NCBI GenBank assembly: GCA_963724765.1
Contig: CAVRVY010000001.1
Coordinates: 1,312,001-1,376,000 of the forward strand
DNA from: an uncultured delta proteobacterium
GTDB taxonomy: Bacteria; Desulfobacterota; Binatia; Binatales; Binataceae
DNA: 64,000 nt
Direction of reading: 5' to 3'
The position numbers and the translations under genes were made by a program. Below the pieces are notes generated by a model. That model was not told where the DNA came from and searched no databases. It saw only the letters and a list, made by a program, of their open reading frames with translations. Shown piece after piece: positions 40,144 through 50,309 of the stretch. Position 1 is the first letter of the stretch, and each line of letters starts with the position of its first letter.

Positions 40144-41853
40144 ATGCCAGAATTCGACATTGTCATTAAAGACGGAATGATCATCGATGGGACCCGCGCC
40201 CCGCGCATTCGCGGCGACATCGGGATCAAAAACGGGCGCATCGCCAGGATCGGGCGTATCCCGGCCGGCGAAGCCAAAGAGGTGATCGACGCGCGCGGCC
40301 TTATCGTGGCCCCGGGCTTCATCGACCTCCACACTCACTACGATGCGCAACTGTTCTGGGATCCGTGGCTCACCATCTCGGGATGGCACGGCGTGACCTC
40401 GGTGGTTATCGGCAACTGCGGCTTCGGTTTCGCGCCGGTCAAGCCGGGCGACGAAGAGCGCGCGATGCTGACCATGACGCGCACCGAGGCGATTCCGCTG
40501 GCCGCGATGAAGGCCGCGATGCCGTGGGACTGGCACACCTATCCCGAGTTCCTCGACCGAATCGAGCGTCTACCCAAGGGCGTCAACGTGCTGCCCTACG
40601 TTCCGGTCAATCCGTTGATGGGCTACGTGATGGGGATCGAGCAGTCCAAGACCGGCCGCATGCCGACCGACGACGAGCATCGCATGATGGCCCATCTGCT
40701 CAACGAAGCGATGGACGCCGGCGCTTATGGATGGTCGGCGCAGCGCCTGAAGCCCGACGGGCCGTCAGCCGTGCAGCGCGACTGGGACGGCTCGCCGATG
40801 AACACGGACGTCATGCACGATGAGACCTGCAAACTTTTCGCCAAGGTGCTCGGCGAGCGCGGCGAAGGCTTCCAGGAACTGACGCTCGCGAGCTGGAATC
40901 CCAAGGAGGACGCGCGTCACTACGAGGAGCTGGCGAAAATCAGCGGCCGCCCGATTATGTTCGAGGCGGTGCAGTCGCAGGACCGCTTTCCGCATCGCCA
41001 TCGCAACATGATTCGATGGCTCGATCGGTGCCGCATCAACGGCATTCCCGTTTACGGCCAGGGCATCACCACCGAGGCCGGGCTGACTTTCACCTTCGAA
41101 GACTGGAACCTGTTCGACGATTCCGATTCGTGGCGCGAGGTCACCACCGGCACGATCGAGGAGCGCAAGGCCAAGCTCGCCGACCCCTCGCGCCGTCACG
41201 GGCTCAAGACCAACCTGCCGCGCGAAGGACTCATCACGAGTTTCTTCGACCAGATCGTCATCACCCAGGTGATCGACGACAAGCTGCGCCATCTCGAAGG
41301 GATGACGTTGCGCAAGGCGGGCGAGCGCGACGGCAAGGATCCGGTCGACGTGATGTGCGATCTGGCGGTGGCCGATAACCTCAAGACCGAGTTCTTCGCC
41401 CCGGCCATCAATCGCGACCCCGCGCTGATGAAGGAGATCATCGACTATCCGTACATCACCTTTGGCGTCTCCGACGGCGGCGCGCATACCAAGTTTCTCA
41501 CCGCCGGCCGCTACCCGACCGAGGGCATCGCGACTTTCGTGCGCGAGCGCGGATGGCTGACGCTGGAGGAAATCCACTGGCGGCTGAGCGCGCTGCCGGC
41601 GTTCTGCGCCGGTTTCAAGGACCGCGGCTTCCTGCGCGAGGGTGCGCCGGCCGACATCGTAATCTACGACTACGAAAGGCTCGGCGTCGGACCGGTCGAG
41701 ATCGTGCACGATCTGCCAGGCAATGAATGGCGCCGCGTGCAGCGCGCGGAGGGCTATCGCCATATCCTGGTCAACGGTGCGGTGACCTTCACCGAGGGCG
41801 ATTGCACGGGCGCGACCCCGGGCAAGTTGCTGCGCCACGGCGTGGCCGCATAG
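40144..41853 (+). CDS. Amidohydrolase, N-acyl-D-amino-acid deacylase family
   Basis: VAPGFIDLHTHYD, GVTSVVIGNCG, SDGGAH, DRGFLREGAPADIVIYD. Confidence 0.9.
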   Translation: MPEFDIVIKDGMIIDGTRAPRIRGDIGIKNGRIARIGRIPAGEAKEVIDARGLIVAPGFIDLHTHYDAQLFWDPWLTISGWHGVTSVVIGNCGFGFAPVKPGDEERAMLTMTRTEAIPLAAMKAAMPWDWHTYPEFLDRIERLPKGVNVLPYVPVNPLMGYVMGIEQSKTGRMPTDDEHRMMAHLLNEAMDAGAYGWSAQRLKPDGPSAVQRDWDGSPMNTDVMHDETCKLFAKVLGERGEGFQELTLASWNPKEDARHYEELAKISGRPIMFEAVQSQDRFPHRHRNMIRWLDRCRINGIPVYGQGITTEAGLTFTFEDWNLFDDSDSWREVTTGTIEERKAKLADPSRRHGLKTNLPREGLITSFFDQIVITQVIDDKLRHLEGMTLRKAGERDGKDPVDVMCDLAVADNLKTEFFAPAINRDPALMKEIIDYPYITFGVSDGGAHTKFLTAGRYPTEGIATFVRERGWLTLEEIHWRLSALPAFCAGFKDRGFLREGAPADIVIYDYERLGVGPVEIVHDLPGNEWRRVQRAEGYRHILVNGAVTFTEGDCTGATPGKLLRHGVAA

Positions 41854-41886
41854 ACGTCGCGCGGGTCAACGAACATCAGAAGAGCG

Positions 41887-41984
41887 GGCGACGGCCGCCG
41901 GCGCGTATCGCGCCGGCGGCCGTCGCCATTGAGGCCGGTGCGCCGGGGAGCGACTTCAAGTGATACTTGAAGTCGCTCCCCGGC
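41887..41984. repeat. Two adjacent perfect inverted repeats (19-bp and 20-bp stems, 3-nt loops)
   Basis: GGCGACGGCCGCCGGCGCG-TAT-CGCGCCGGCGGCCGTCGCC (41887-41927) and GCCGGGGAGCGACTTCAAGT-GAT-ACTTGAAGTCGCTCCCCGGC (41942-41984), between convergent genes. Confidence 0.9.
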
Positions 41985-42130
41985 ATACGGCGCGGGGTGC
42001 GCGGCATGCCGCCGATGCAGCTCTTGCGCAATGCGGGCGACGTCCGCCGCGTCGCTCGAGATAAGAATTTGCTCTACTCCTCTTCTGGAGCGGGAAGCGG
42101 TCAGGAGTCGGGTGGCCTGGCGTCGCCCGC

Positions 42131-42919
42131 CTATTCAATCGGCGTCGGCGAATGCGGGAACTCGGCCCAGTCCTCGGGGTCGTGACTGATCAGCAGGCGT
42201 GCCTCGCCGCGATCCTGCATTTCCTTGAGCCGTCGGATCGCCGCGCTCGACATCGGCTGATCCCAATCGGTAGCCATCGGGGCGCAATTCTCCAGTTGGC
42301 GGCGGATATGGATCGTGTCGCCGGTGAGCACGATCGCACGCTGCGGCAGGTTGACCATCAGCGAGCTTTCGCCCGGCGTATGGCCCGCCGTCTTCAGCAT
42401 GATCAGGCTGCCGTCGCCGAACAGATCGGTGTCTCCGCTAAGCTCGCGCCAGTTGAAGCGACGGGTTGGGAGCAGGTCGTTGAGGATGAAGGCGGCGCGC
42501 GCCTCGCGTCGCGGCCAGTACGCGTACGGCAGTTCGCCCTCCATGATGTAGAACTGCGCGTGGGGAAAAAGACTCATCCCGCCCGAGTGGTCGAGATGAA
42601 GATGGGAGACGATCACGTTTTTGACGTCGTCAAGCTTGTAGCCGAGCGCCTTTATCTGCGAATCGACGGTCAGGTCCGGCGAGTATTTCACCTTCAGGTA
42701 GTCGGCGATCCTGCCCCAGTAGCCGCGCGGATCAATGGCGACCTGCGGCGCGCATCCGGTGTCGAACAGCGTCAGCCCCTTGGGATGCTCGATTAGATAT
42801 GAAGGGCAGGGCAGGCTGAGTTCGACCTCGGGCCGCCCGCCCAGCATCATGTCCGCTTCCGTCAGCGTGAGCGGCGCGACGGGGAGCGCGATGAGCTTGC
42901 TCGCTTTGCCCTGTGCCAT
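42131..42919 (-). CDS. N-acyl homoserine lactonase-like metallo-beta-lactamase (AiiA/AttM family)
   Basis: YLIEHPKG, FDTG, SHLHLDHSGG, DLFGDGS, GHTPG, TGD, SHD. GAGGAGG RBS before ATG 42919. Confidence 0.88.
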   Translation of the reverse strand: MAQGKASKLIALPVAPLTLTEADMMLGGRPEVELSLPCPSYLIEHPKGLTLFDTGCAPQVAIDPRGYWGRIADYLKVKYSPDLTVDSQIKALGYKLDDVKNVIVSHLHLDHSGGMSLFPHAQFYIMEGELPYAYWPRREARAAFILNDLLPTRRFNWRELSGDTDLFGDGSLIMLKTAGHTPGESSLMVNLPQRAIVLTGDTIHIRRQLENCAPMATDWDQPMSSAAIRRLKEMQDRGEARLLISHDPEDWAEFPHSPTPIE

Positions 42920-43030
42920 GAGCCGCCTCCTCGCGGGATGTACGCTCGATAATCGATTGCCCGGCGCGCGCGTCAAGCGCGCGGTCCCGCTATTATCGCA
43001 TGAGGTGAGGCGAGTGACGCGAGACGGGTG

Positions 43031-43381
43031 ATGCGGGATAAAGACGCGCACGACTTGTGGGCCGAAGGGATCGAGCTTTTCAACGCGGGCCGGTTTTTCG
43101 ATTGCCACGAGGTGTGGGAGGAAGTCTGGAAGCGGACGAGCGGCGCTGAGAAGTTCTTTTATCAGGGGATGATCCAGGCGGCGGTGGCGATCCTGCACGC
43201 CGAGCGCGGCAATCCGCGCGGCGCGCGCTCGACCTGGGACAAGGCGCGCGCGAAGCTCGAGCCGTTGCCGTCCGAGCACATGGGAATCGCGCTGGGCGAG
43301 TTACGTCATGCGATGGACGCGTTCATCACGGTCGCAATCGCCGGCGGCTCAGCGCCGCCGCCGACGATTCTCCGTCGCTGA
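43031..43381 (+). CDS. DUF309 domain protein
   Basis: GIELFNAGRFFDCHEVWEEVW...QGMIQAAVA..H...GN. Confidence 0.88.
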   Translation: MRDKDAHDLWAEGIELFNAGRFFDCHEVWEEVWKRTSGAEKFFYQGMIQAAVAILHAERGNPRGARSTWDKARAKLEPLPSEHMGIALGELRHAMDAFITVAIAGGSAPPPTILRR

Positions 43382-43402
43382 AATTTGTGCTGCGAAAACC
43401 GT

Positions 43403-43852
43403 CTAGAAAGGGATGTCGTCGTCGTCGGGGCTGGCCGGCGGCATGTCGGTGCTGAAATCCTCCGGCTCATCCATCCCGCCACCGCCGCGCGCGCCCGCGC
43501 CGCCCGCGCCTGCACCGTCGCCGCGGCCGCCGAGGAATTGCACGCGCTGCGCGACGACCTCGGTGCGGTTGCGCTTGCCGCTGCCGTCCTTGGCTTCCCA
43601 CTGACGCGTCGTCAGCCGGCCCTCGATATAGACCTGCCGTCCTTTCTTCAGATACTGGCTGCATAGCTCGGCCTGTTTGCCGTAGACGACGATGTTATGC
43701 CATTCGGTCGATTCCTTGTTGGTGCCATCGCGTCCCTTGAAGCGCTCGCTGGTCGCCACGGAAAAATTGGCGACCGGCTGCCCCGAGGGCAGGTAACGCA
43801 CTTCGGGGTCGCGTCCGAGATTGCCGAGCAGAATGACTTTGTTTACTGACAT
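43403..43852 (-). CDS. ssb: Single-stranded DNA-binding protein
   Basis: [28 protein letters not shown]-terminal DDDIPF. Confidence 0.97.
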   Translation of the reverse strand: MSVNKVILLGNLGRDPEVRYLPSGQPVANFSVATSERFKGRDGTNKESTEWHNIVVYGKQAELCSQYLKKGRQVYIEGRLTTRQWEAKDGSGKRNRTEVVAQRVQFLGGRGDGAGAGGAGARGGGGMDEPEDFSTDMPPASPDDDDIPF

Positions 43853-44036
43853 CGTGGTTTAAGCGACAAGCTTCTCGAGCCGCGCATACCTTTGGCGCAA
43901 TGGGTTGCTTTCCTACGTCTCGAAACCTAACGCCGGCGCGCATCCGGCGCAACCGCCCGCGCGGAGGTGAATCCACTGCCTGTTGATATGGCTCTGGAAG
44001 CCCCCGATTGGCGCTCCGGCCGCTCCCGATGCCGCT

Positions 44037-44064
44037 TTCGCCGCTACCGGGGGCTTTATATAAT
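44037..44064 (+). promoter_or_regulatory. Putative sigma70 promoter of the rnj-ftsK operon
   Basis: Perfect TATAAT at 44059-44064, 35 nt before the rnj ATG. The -35 is weak (TTCGCC). Confidence 0.5.
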
Positions 44065-44098
44065 CGCTGCGGTGGTCGGGTGAGGTGGGGTTCAGGTA

Positions 44099-45769
44099 AT
44101 GGCATCCCACGGATTGACATCTTCGTCGGTCAGGATCGTGCCTTTAGGTGGGCTCGGCGAAATCGGGCTCAACCTGACGGTGATCGAATGCGCCGGACGC
44201 GCGATCATAATCGACGCCGGGGTAATGTTCCCCGAAGAGCGCACGCTCGGCCTCGGCGTGCTGGCGCCGGATCTCGCCTATCTCGAGCAGAGCCATCTCG
44301 AAATTCTTGGCGTGGTCCTGACCCATGCTCACGAGGATCACGTCGGTGCGCTGCCGCATCTGCTGCGCCGCTTCAACGTGCCGGTCTATGGCACCGGGGT
44401 AACGCTGGCCTTCGCACGCCGCCGCCTCGACGAGGACGGGCTCATCGGCGCGCGCATGAACACGATCGAACCGCGCCGGCGTTTCGAGCTCGGCCCGTTT
44501 GGCGTCGAGCCGATCCGCGTCACCCATTCCACGCCCGACTCGGTCGCGCTCGCGATTGCGACCCCGGCCGGGCTAATCGTGCACAGCGGCGACTTCAAGA
44601 TCGATCCGACGCCTATCGACGGCGAACTCTTCGACCGCGAGCGCTTCGCCGAGTTGGGCGCCGAGGGCGTGGCGCTGCTGATGTCGGATTCGACCAACGT
44701 CGAGCGTACCGGGCGATCGGGCGCGGAGAGTTCGATCAAGCCCGTGCTGCGCGAAATCGTGTCGCGCAGCCGCGGCAAATTCTTTCTCTCGGTCTTTTCC
44801 TCCCATCTGCATCGCATCCGGCAGTTGACCGAGGTCTCGCGCGAGATGGGGCGGCGGGTGGTGCCGCTGGGGCGGCGGATGGCCGAGAGCGTGCGCCTGG
44901 GATTGGAACTCGGCCAGCTCTCGTTCGCGCCCGGCACCTTTATCGATCCAGCTGAGGCGGAGTTTTTGGAGTCGCGCAAGTTGACCTTCCTCGCCAGCGG
45001 CAGCCAGGGCGAGCCGCTTTCGGCGCTGGTGCGAATCGCCGCCGACGCTCATCCGCGCGCACGCGTGGACCCGGGTGACACGGTGGTGCTGTCCTCGCGC
45101 TTCATTCCCGGCAACGAACGCACGATCAATACGCTGGTCAATCAGCTCTACAAGCGCGGCGCCGAGGTCTTCTACGAATCGGTTGCGCCGGTGCATGTCT
45201 CCGGTCACGCCAACCAGGACGAACTGACCGAACTGATCGCATTGGTCAAGCCGAAATACTTTGTGCCGATTCACGGCGAGTATCGTCACCTACGCCGCCA
45301 CGTCGCGCTCGCCGCGAGCGCGGGCATGCCTGAGGCCAATTGCTTTCTGCTCGAGGACGGCGAGCCGCTGACGTTGAGCGCGGGCCCGACGGCGCATCGC
45401 GCGCGCGAGGTCGAGGCCGGACGCATCCTGATGGAGGACGGGGAATTCGGCGACCCGGGGCTGCTGGGCGAGCGGCGCACGTTGGGGCGCGACGGCACCG
45501 TGTTCGCGGTAATCGCGGTATCGTCGAAGACCGGCGCGATTGTCGCGGGGCCGGAACTCGTCTCGCGCGGTCTTTTGATTGGCGACGGCACCTCGGCGCA
45601 CATCCGGCGCGCGCGTGCGCAACTGGCCGAGCGGCTCAATCGCGTCGAGGGACCGTTCAGCGCCGAGGGTACGATGCTGCGCGAGGAGATCGTGCATACG
45701 CTGCGCAACTACTTCAGTCACGCGCTCGGCAAACGGCCGCTGATCGTGCCGCACATTATGGAGGTCTGA
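44099..45769 (+). CDS. rnj: Ribonuclease J
   Basis: PLGGLGEIG, THAHEDHVG, SGDFKID, DSTN, GSQGEP, HVSGHA, PIHGEYRHL. Confidence 0.95.
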   Translation: MASHGLTSSSVRIVPLGGLGEIGLNLTVIECAGRAIIIDAGVMFPEERTLGLGVLAPDLAYLEQSHLEILGVVLTHAHEDHVGALPHLLRRFNVPVYGTGVTLAFARRRLDEDGLIGARMNTIEPRRRFELGPFGVEPIRVTHSTPDSVALAIATPAGLIVHSGDFKIDPTPIDGELFDRERFAELGAEGVALLMSDSTNVERTGRSGAESSIKPVLREIVSRSRGKFFLSVFSSHLHRIRQLTEVSREMGRRVVPLGRRMAESVRLGLELGQLSFAPGTFIDPAEAEFLESRKLTFLASGSQGEPLSALVRIAADAHPRARVDPGDTVVLSSRFIPGNERTINTLVNQLYKRGAEVFYESVAPVHVSGHANQDELTELIALVKPKYFVPIHGEYRHLRRHVALAASAGMPEANCFLLEDGEPLTLSAGPTAHRAREVEAGRILMEDGEFGDPGLLGERRTLGRDGTVFAVIAVSSKTGAIVAGPELVSRGLLIGDGTSAHIRRARAQLAERLNRVEGPFSAEGTMLREEIVHTLRNYFSHALGKRPLIVPHIMEV

Positions 45770-45774
45770 GCGCC

Positions 45775-48048
45775 ATCGCGCGTCAGCCCAAAGCGCCAAT
45801 CGAACTCGAGCCGGCGGCCGCGACGGTGGAGCTGAAAATTCCGCCCGCGCCGGCTCCAAACCGCGTCGCGCGCGAACTGGCGGCGATCGTGCTGGTCGCG
45901 CTGGCCGCCTTCGGCGTGCTGAGCCTGGTCTCGGCCGCGGCCGGTCAGAATCCCAACCTGTGCGGCATCCTGGGCGGCGCAGCCGCCGCCGCGGTGGGCG
46001 GCCTTTTCGGATTTCAGGCTTACGTGCTGGCTCTGCTGGTGACCGTTCTCGCGATGCGCGTGTGGAGCGGCGCGCCCGGGCGCACGCTGATGCGCGAAAG
46101 TCTCGGCGGAGCGCTCTTGCTGATAGCGCTCAGCGCCGGTGCGGGCCTTTTCGCCGGCGGCGCGCAATCGGCGGCGGGAGAAGCAGGCGGTGCAATTGGC
46201 GGCGCGCTCGCGTCTTCACTGGGAAGCTACCTCAACGTGGGCGGCGGTTATCTGTGCGTGATGCTCGTGGTGATCGCGGCGCTGGTGATGATGCTGCGGC
46301 GCTCGCCGACCGAGTTGATGGCGGGTCTCGCGTCCAGCGTGCGCCTGCGCGGGCCGCGCGGCGTGTCGCGCGATTTGCCTATGGATGACGACGGCGATTG
46401 GTCGGCCGGTGACGCTGAAGTTCCCGCCAAAGCCATGGCGTCCCCGGCCGCGAGCGGCGCAACGAGCGCCGATCTCCGTCCGCTCAAGGTCCGCCGTCTC
46501 GAACCCGCCGAGCTTCGTGCGCGCGACAACAAATCGCTGCGCCCGGCGCGCGCGAAGGGCGGCTACGAATTGCCGCCGCTCTCCCTGCTCGACATGCCGC
46601 CGGCTGAGCACGCGCAGGTCGACGAGGCAGCGCTCGAGCGCAGCGCCCGCGTGCTCGAGCAGAAGCTCGCGGACTTCGGGGTCGAGGGGCGCGTGGTCGA
46701 GGTGCAGCCTGGGCCGGTGGTCACGATGTACAAGTTCGAGCCCGGCTCGGGGATCAAGGTCAGCCAGATCGTCAACCTGGCCGATGACCTTTCGATGGCG
46801 TTGCGGGCGGCGACGGTGCGAATCCAGGCCCCGGTACCGGGCGAGGCAGTAGTCGGAATCGAGGTGCCCAACCGCAAGCGCGAGAAGGTTTATCTGCGCG
46901 AGATCATGGAGGCTGAAGAGTTCGCGGCCGCCCGCAGCCAGCTCACCATCGCGCTCGGCAAGGATATTTCGGGGCGACCGATGGCTGCGGATCTTGCGAT
47001 GATGCCGCATCTGTTGATCGCGGGCGCGACCGGGACCGGCAAGTCGGTGTCGATCCACACGATGATCGCGTCGATTCTCTTCAACGCTACCGCCGACGAC
47101 GTGCGCTTCATCCTGATCGATCCCAAGATGCTCGAGCTGTCGGTTTACGAAAACATCCCGCACCTGCTCGTCCCGGTGGTGGTCGATCCCGAGAAGGCGG
47201 CGGCGGCGCTTTTGTGGGCGACGCAGGAGATGGAGACGCGCTATCGGATGATGCGCGAGATGGGCGTGCGCAACATCGACGGCTACAACCGCGCGCTCGG
47301 CGCGGCCGGCAAGGTGGTCGAGCTGAAGCCGGTCAATCTGATCGAGGAAGGCGCCGGCCGTGCCATCGCCGACGAAGGCGAGCCGATCAAGCATCGCCGG
47401 CTGCCCAAGATCGTGATCATCATCGACGAGTTGGCCGACCTGCTGCTGAGCGAAGGCAAGACCGTCGAACGCGACATCACGCGCCTCGCGCAAAAGGCCC
47501 GCGCCTCCGGAATCCATCTGATTCTCGCCACCCAGCGCCCGTCAGTCGACGTGCTGACCGGGCTCATCAAGGCCAATCTGCCCGCCCGCATCTCGCTGCA
47601 AGTGACTTCGCGCGTCGACTCACGCACCATCCTCGATTCGATCGGCGCCGAGCGCCTGCTTGGCGCGGGCGATATGCTGTTCATGCCGCCGGGCAGCGCC
47701 AAGTTGCGCCGGCTGCACGGCCCGTTCGTCTCGGAGACCGAGATTCGCCGGGTCGTCGACTTTTTGCGTGCGCAGGGTGCGCCCGACTACCAGATGGAAA
47801 TTCTGGAGACCAAGGCGCCGTCGGAGGATGGCCTCGACGGTGGCGGCTTCGAGGCTGACGACCTTTACGATGAGGCGGTGCGAATCGTGCTCGAGAGCAA
47901 TCAGGCGTCGGTTTCGATGATCCAGCGGCGCCTGCGAATCGGCTACAATCGGGCGGCGCGGATGGTCGAGCAGATGGAACGCGAGGGGCTGGTTACGCCG
48001 GGTGACGGGATGCGCCCGCGCGAAGTCCGCACGCGCAACGCCAACTAG
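45775..48048 (+). CDS. ftsK: DNA translocase FtsK (4TM, motor, gamma domain); start uncertain
   Basis: GIEVPN, PHLLIAGATGTGKS, IIDELADL, ATQRPSVDV, GAERLLGAGDML, IQRRLRIGYNRAAR. Start is either ATC 45775 behind GGAGG or GTG 45826. Confidence 0.95.
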   Translation: MARQPKAPIELEPAAATVELKIPPAPAPNRVARELAAIVLVALAAFGVLSLVSAAAGQNPNLCGILGGAAAAAVGGLFGFQAYVLALLVTVLAMRVWSGAPGRTLMRESLGGALLLIALSAGAGLFAGGAQSAAGEAGGAIGGALASSLGSYLNVGGGYLCVMLVVIAALVMMLRRSPTELMAGLASSVRLRGPRGVSRDLPMDDDGDWSAGDAEVPAKAMASPAASGATSADLRPLKVRRLEPAELRARDNKSLRPARAKGGYELPPLSLLDMPPAEHAQVDEAALERSARVLEQKLADFGVEGRVVEVQPGPVVTMYKFEPGSGIKVSQIVNLADDLSMALRAATVRIQAPVPGEAVVGIEVPNRKREKVYLREIMEAEEFAAARSQLTIALGKDISGRPMAADLAMMPHLLIAGATGTGKSVSIHTMIASILFNATADDVRFILIDPKMLELSVYENIPHLLVPVVVDPEKAAAALLWATQEMETRYRMMREMGVRNIDGYNRALGAAGKVVELKPVNLIEEGAGRAIADEGEPIKHRRLPKIVIIIDELADLLLSEGKTVERDITRLAQKARASGIHLILATQRPSVDVLTGLIKANLPARISLQVTSRVDSRTILDSIGAERLLGAGDMLFMPPGSAKLRRLHGPFVSETEIRRVVDFLRAQGAPDYQMEILETKAPSEDGLDGGGFEADDLYDEAVRIVLESNQASVSMIQRRLRIGYNRAARMVEQMEREGLVTPGDGMRPREVRTRNAN

Positions 48049-48082
48049 GCCCGGTTCAAAGCAGTTCCGCGGCCGCCCGAAC

Positions 48083-48110
48083 GAAACTTCGACTGCTCCA
48101 CTCGGTCCTA
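48083..48110 (+). promoter_or_regulatory. Putative sigmaE-like promoter upstream of lolA
   Basis: GAAACTT-N16-TCCTA resembles the RpoE consensus GGAACTT-N16-TCAAA. Confidence 0.35.
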
Positions 48111-48133
48111 TAAACTTGGATTAGGTGCCTACG

Positions 48134-48871
48134 ATGCCAAGAGCTGAATGCTCGCGTCGCAGCCTGACGAGGGCTCTTCGCCGCGCCACACTGGCGATAC
48201 TTGCGAGCGCGACCGTCGTATCATTTGGGCAAATAGCGACGGCTCAGGCGCGATGCAAGCCCGTGCCGGCGGGGGGCTATTCCGCGCAGCCCACGCCGAG
48301 CCTCGATACGACGCTGACGCGCTTGCAGCAGCGCTACGACTGCTCGCGCTCGCTGCAGGCGGATTTCGACGAGATGCTGAGCAGTCCTGGCGGCATGACG
48401 CGCACTCGCAAAGGGACGGTCTACTTCAAAAAAGTCGGGCGGATGCGATGGGAGTTTGCGGCGCCGTCGGAGGGCACGGTCGTGAGCGACGGCAAAACCG
48501 TCTATGATTATGAGAAGGATCTCAACCAGGTGGTCGAGTTGCCGGTGAGCCAGGCGCTCAAGAGCAGCGCCACGGCTTTTTTGCTCGGCTTGGGTAATAT
48601 CCGTCGCGATTTCAAGGTGTCGTTGCCGCCGCTGTCGTCAAGCGACGGACTGACGCATGTGATCCTGACTCCCAAGGGCGGCGGCGATACGATGGAACTG
48701 GGGCTCGATCCGAAAAGTTACGACATTGTTAATTTCAAGCTCACCAATCAGGTCGGCGGCGTTACCAAACTAAAGTTTAGCGATATTCGGACTAACGTAG
48801 CGCTTGATGACTCTTTGTTCAGGTTCACAGTGCCCGAAGGGGCGGACATCGTTCGTCCCCAAAAGAACTAA
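48134..48871 (+). CDS. lolA: Outer membrane lipoprotein carrier LolA
   Basis: LQADF, GTVYFKKVGRMRWEF, VVSDGKTVYDY, LNQV, FRFTVPEGADIV. Located directly after ftsK. Confidence 0.88.
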   Translation: MPRAECSRRSLTRALRRATLAILASATVVSFGQIATAQARCKPVPAGGYSAQPTPSLDTTLTRLQQRYDCSRSLQADFDEMLSSPGGMTRTRKGTVYFKKVGRMRWEFAAPSEGTVVSDGKTVYDYEKDLNQVVELPVSQALKSSATAFLLGLGNIRRDFKVSLPPLSSSDGLTHVILTPKGGGDTMELGLDPKSYDIVNFKLTNQVGGVTKLKFSDIRTNVALDDSLFRFTVPEGADIVRPQKN

Positions 48872-48949
48872 AAGCGCTCTTCCGCGCGGACCCCGATTGC
48901 GCCCGTTGCCGGGTGAGAGTAAGCATATAAGCCCTATTTTTATCCACTT

Positions 48950-50296
48950 ATGGAAAGCGTCCACCTGATCAGCCTGGGATGTCCCAAAAACACAGCCGAT
49001 AGCGAGCTGATGTTGGGAGCATTGGTGCGCGCGGGATTCGAAGTCACGATGGATCCGCAGCAGGCACAGGTGCTGCTGGTCAACACTTGCGCTTTCATCG
49101 AGCCGGCCAAGAAGGAATCGATCGACGCTATCCTGGCGGCGGCTGAAGTCAAAAAGCACGGAGCAGGCAAGCGGCTGGTGGTGGCGGGATGCCTTTCGCA
49201 GCGCTATGGAAGCGAGCTGCGCGAGCAGTTTCCCGAGGTCGATATTTTCGTCGGCACCGGCAACTTTCTCGACCTTCCTGAACTCCTGCGCCGCAGCGAA
49301 CGGCCGGAGTTGCGGCCAATTCCTTACACTGGCGCGGCCCATCTGCTGCCTACGGCCGAGGCGCCCCGGATCAGGACGGGCGACCCGTTCAGCGCCTACC
49401 TGAAGGTCTCGGAGGGCTGCGACCATCGATGCGCCTTCTGTATCATTCCGAAGATCCGCGGGCGTCACGAAAGCCGGCCGCTCGATGACCTGGTGGAAGA
49501 GGCGGCCGAGCTTGCGGCGAGCGGAGTGCGCGAGATCAATCTGATAGCGCAGGACCTGACCGCCTACGGCCGCGACTTGAAGCCGCGCGCGTCGCTGGCG
49601 GCGCTGTTGCATCGTCTGGCGCCCATCGACGGCATCCGATGGATCCGGCTGCTCTACTGCTATCCGAATTTTGTCACCGACGAATTGCTCGCGGCCATCG
49701 CGAGTCTCGAAAAAGTGGTTAATTATATTGACATGCCGTTGCAGCACGCCGATGACGCGATGCTGCGTGCGATGAAGCGCGAGCGCTCCGCCGACGCGCT
49801 GCGGAGCCTGCTGGAGCGGGTTCGTGCGGCGATTCCCGCGGTGGCGCTCCGCACTTCGTTCATCGTCGGATTTCCGGGCGAGACCGACGCGGCGTTCGCG
49901 ACCCTGGTCGATTTTGTACGCGAGCAGCGGTTCGATCGGGTCGGAGTTTTCACTTACTCGCGTGAGGAAAATACCGCGGCCTGCGAGCTTGCGGGCCAGG
50001 TTCCGGAAGGAATCAAACGGCGCCGGCGGGCCGAGCTGATGGAGGTGGCGGCGGAAATTTCTCTGGAAAAGAATCGCGGCCTGGTGGGCCGCGAAATCGA
50101 GGTCATGGTCGAAGGGGCGGCGCCGGGGCGCGCGACGCGGTTACGCGCGCGGACCTCGGCCCAGGCGCCCGAAATCGACGGGATGGTCCTGCTCAGCGGC
50201 GAAGCCGAGCCAGGCGAAATCGTCCGCGCGCGTATCGAGTGCGCCTCGACTTATGATCTTCACGGACGGATCACGGGCGCAGTGGCGCAACTATAA
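48950..50296 (+). CDS. rimO: Ribosomal protein S12 methylthiotransferase RimO
   Basis: SLGCPKN, VNTCAFI, AGCL, radical SAM CDHRCAFC, AQDLTAYG, WIRLLY, QAPEIDG TRAM. Confidence 0.92.
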   Translation: MESVHLISLGCPKNTADSELMLGALVRAGFEVTMDPQQAQVLLVNTCAFIEPAKKESIDAILAAAEVKKHGAGKRLVVAGCLSQRYGSELREQFPEVDIFVGTGNFLDLPELLRRSERPELRPIPYTGAAHLLPTAEAPRIRTGDPFSAYLKVSEGCDHRCAFCIIPKIRGRHESRPLDDLVEEAAELAASGVREINLIAQDLTAYGRDLKPRASLAALLHRLAPIDGIRWIRLLYCYPNFVTDELLAAIASLEKVVNYIDMPLQHADDAMLRAMKRERSADALRSLLERVRAAIPAVALRTSFIVGFPGETDAAFATLVDFVREQRFDRVGVFTYSREENTAACELAGQVPEGIKRRRRAELMEVAAEISLEKNRGLVGREIEVMVEGAAPGRATRLRARTSAQAPEIDGMVLLSGEAEPGEIVRARIECASTYDLHGRITGAVAQL

Positions 50297-50309
50297 GGGG
50301 CGGCGAGCG

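Noticed and set aside
40144-42919. Dedicated quorum-quenching pair (acylase plus lactonase)
   Set aside because: The genes are convergent, both families have broad substrate ranges, and no LuxR/LuxI is nearby.
43853-44098. 6S RNA, SRP RNA or tRNA between ssb and rnj
   Set aside because: No tRNA T-loop or SRP motif is present. One 9-bp inverted repeat plus TATAAT fits a divergent promoter region.
45340-45774. Long N-terminal extensions in the ORF track (ftsK from 45340; also 603, 14466, 30093, 34091, 43279, 61736)
   Set aside because: They overlap neighbouring genes and have spurious composition; downstream starts with an RBS fit better.
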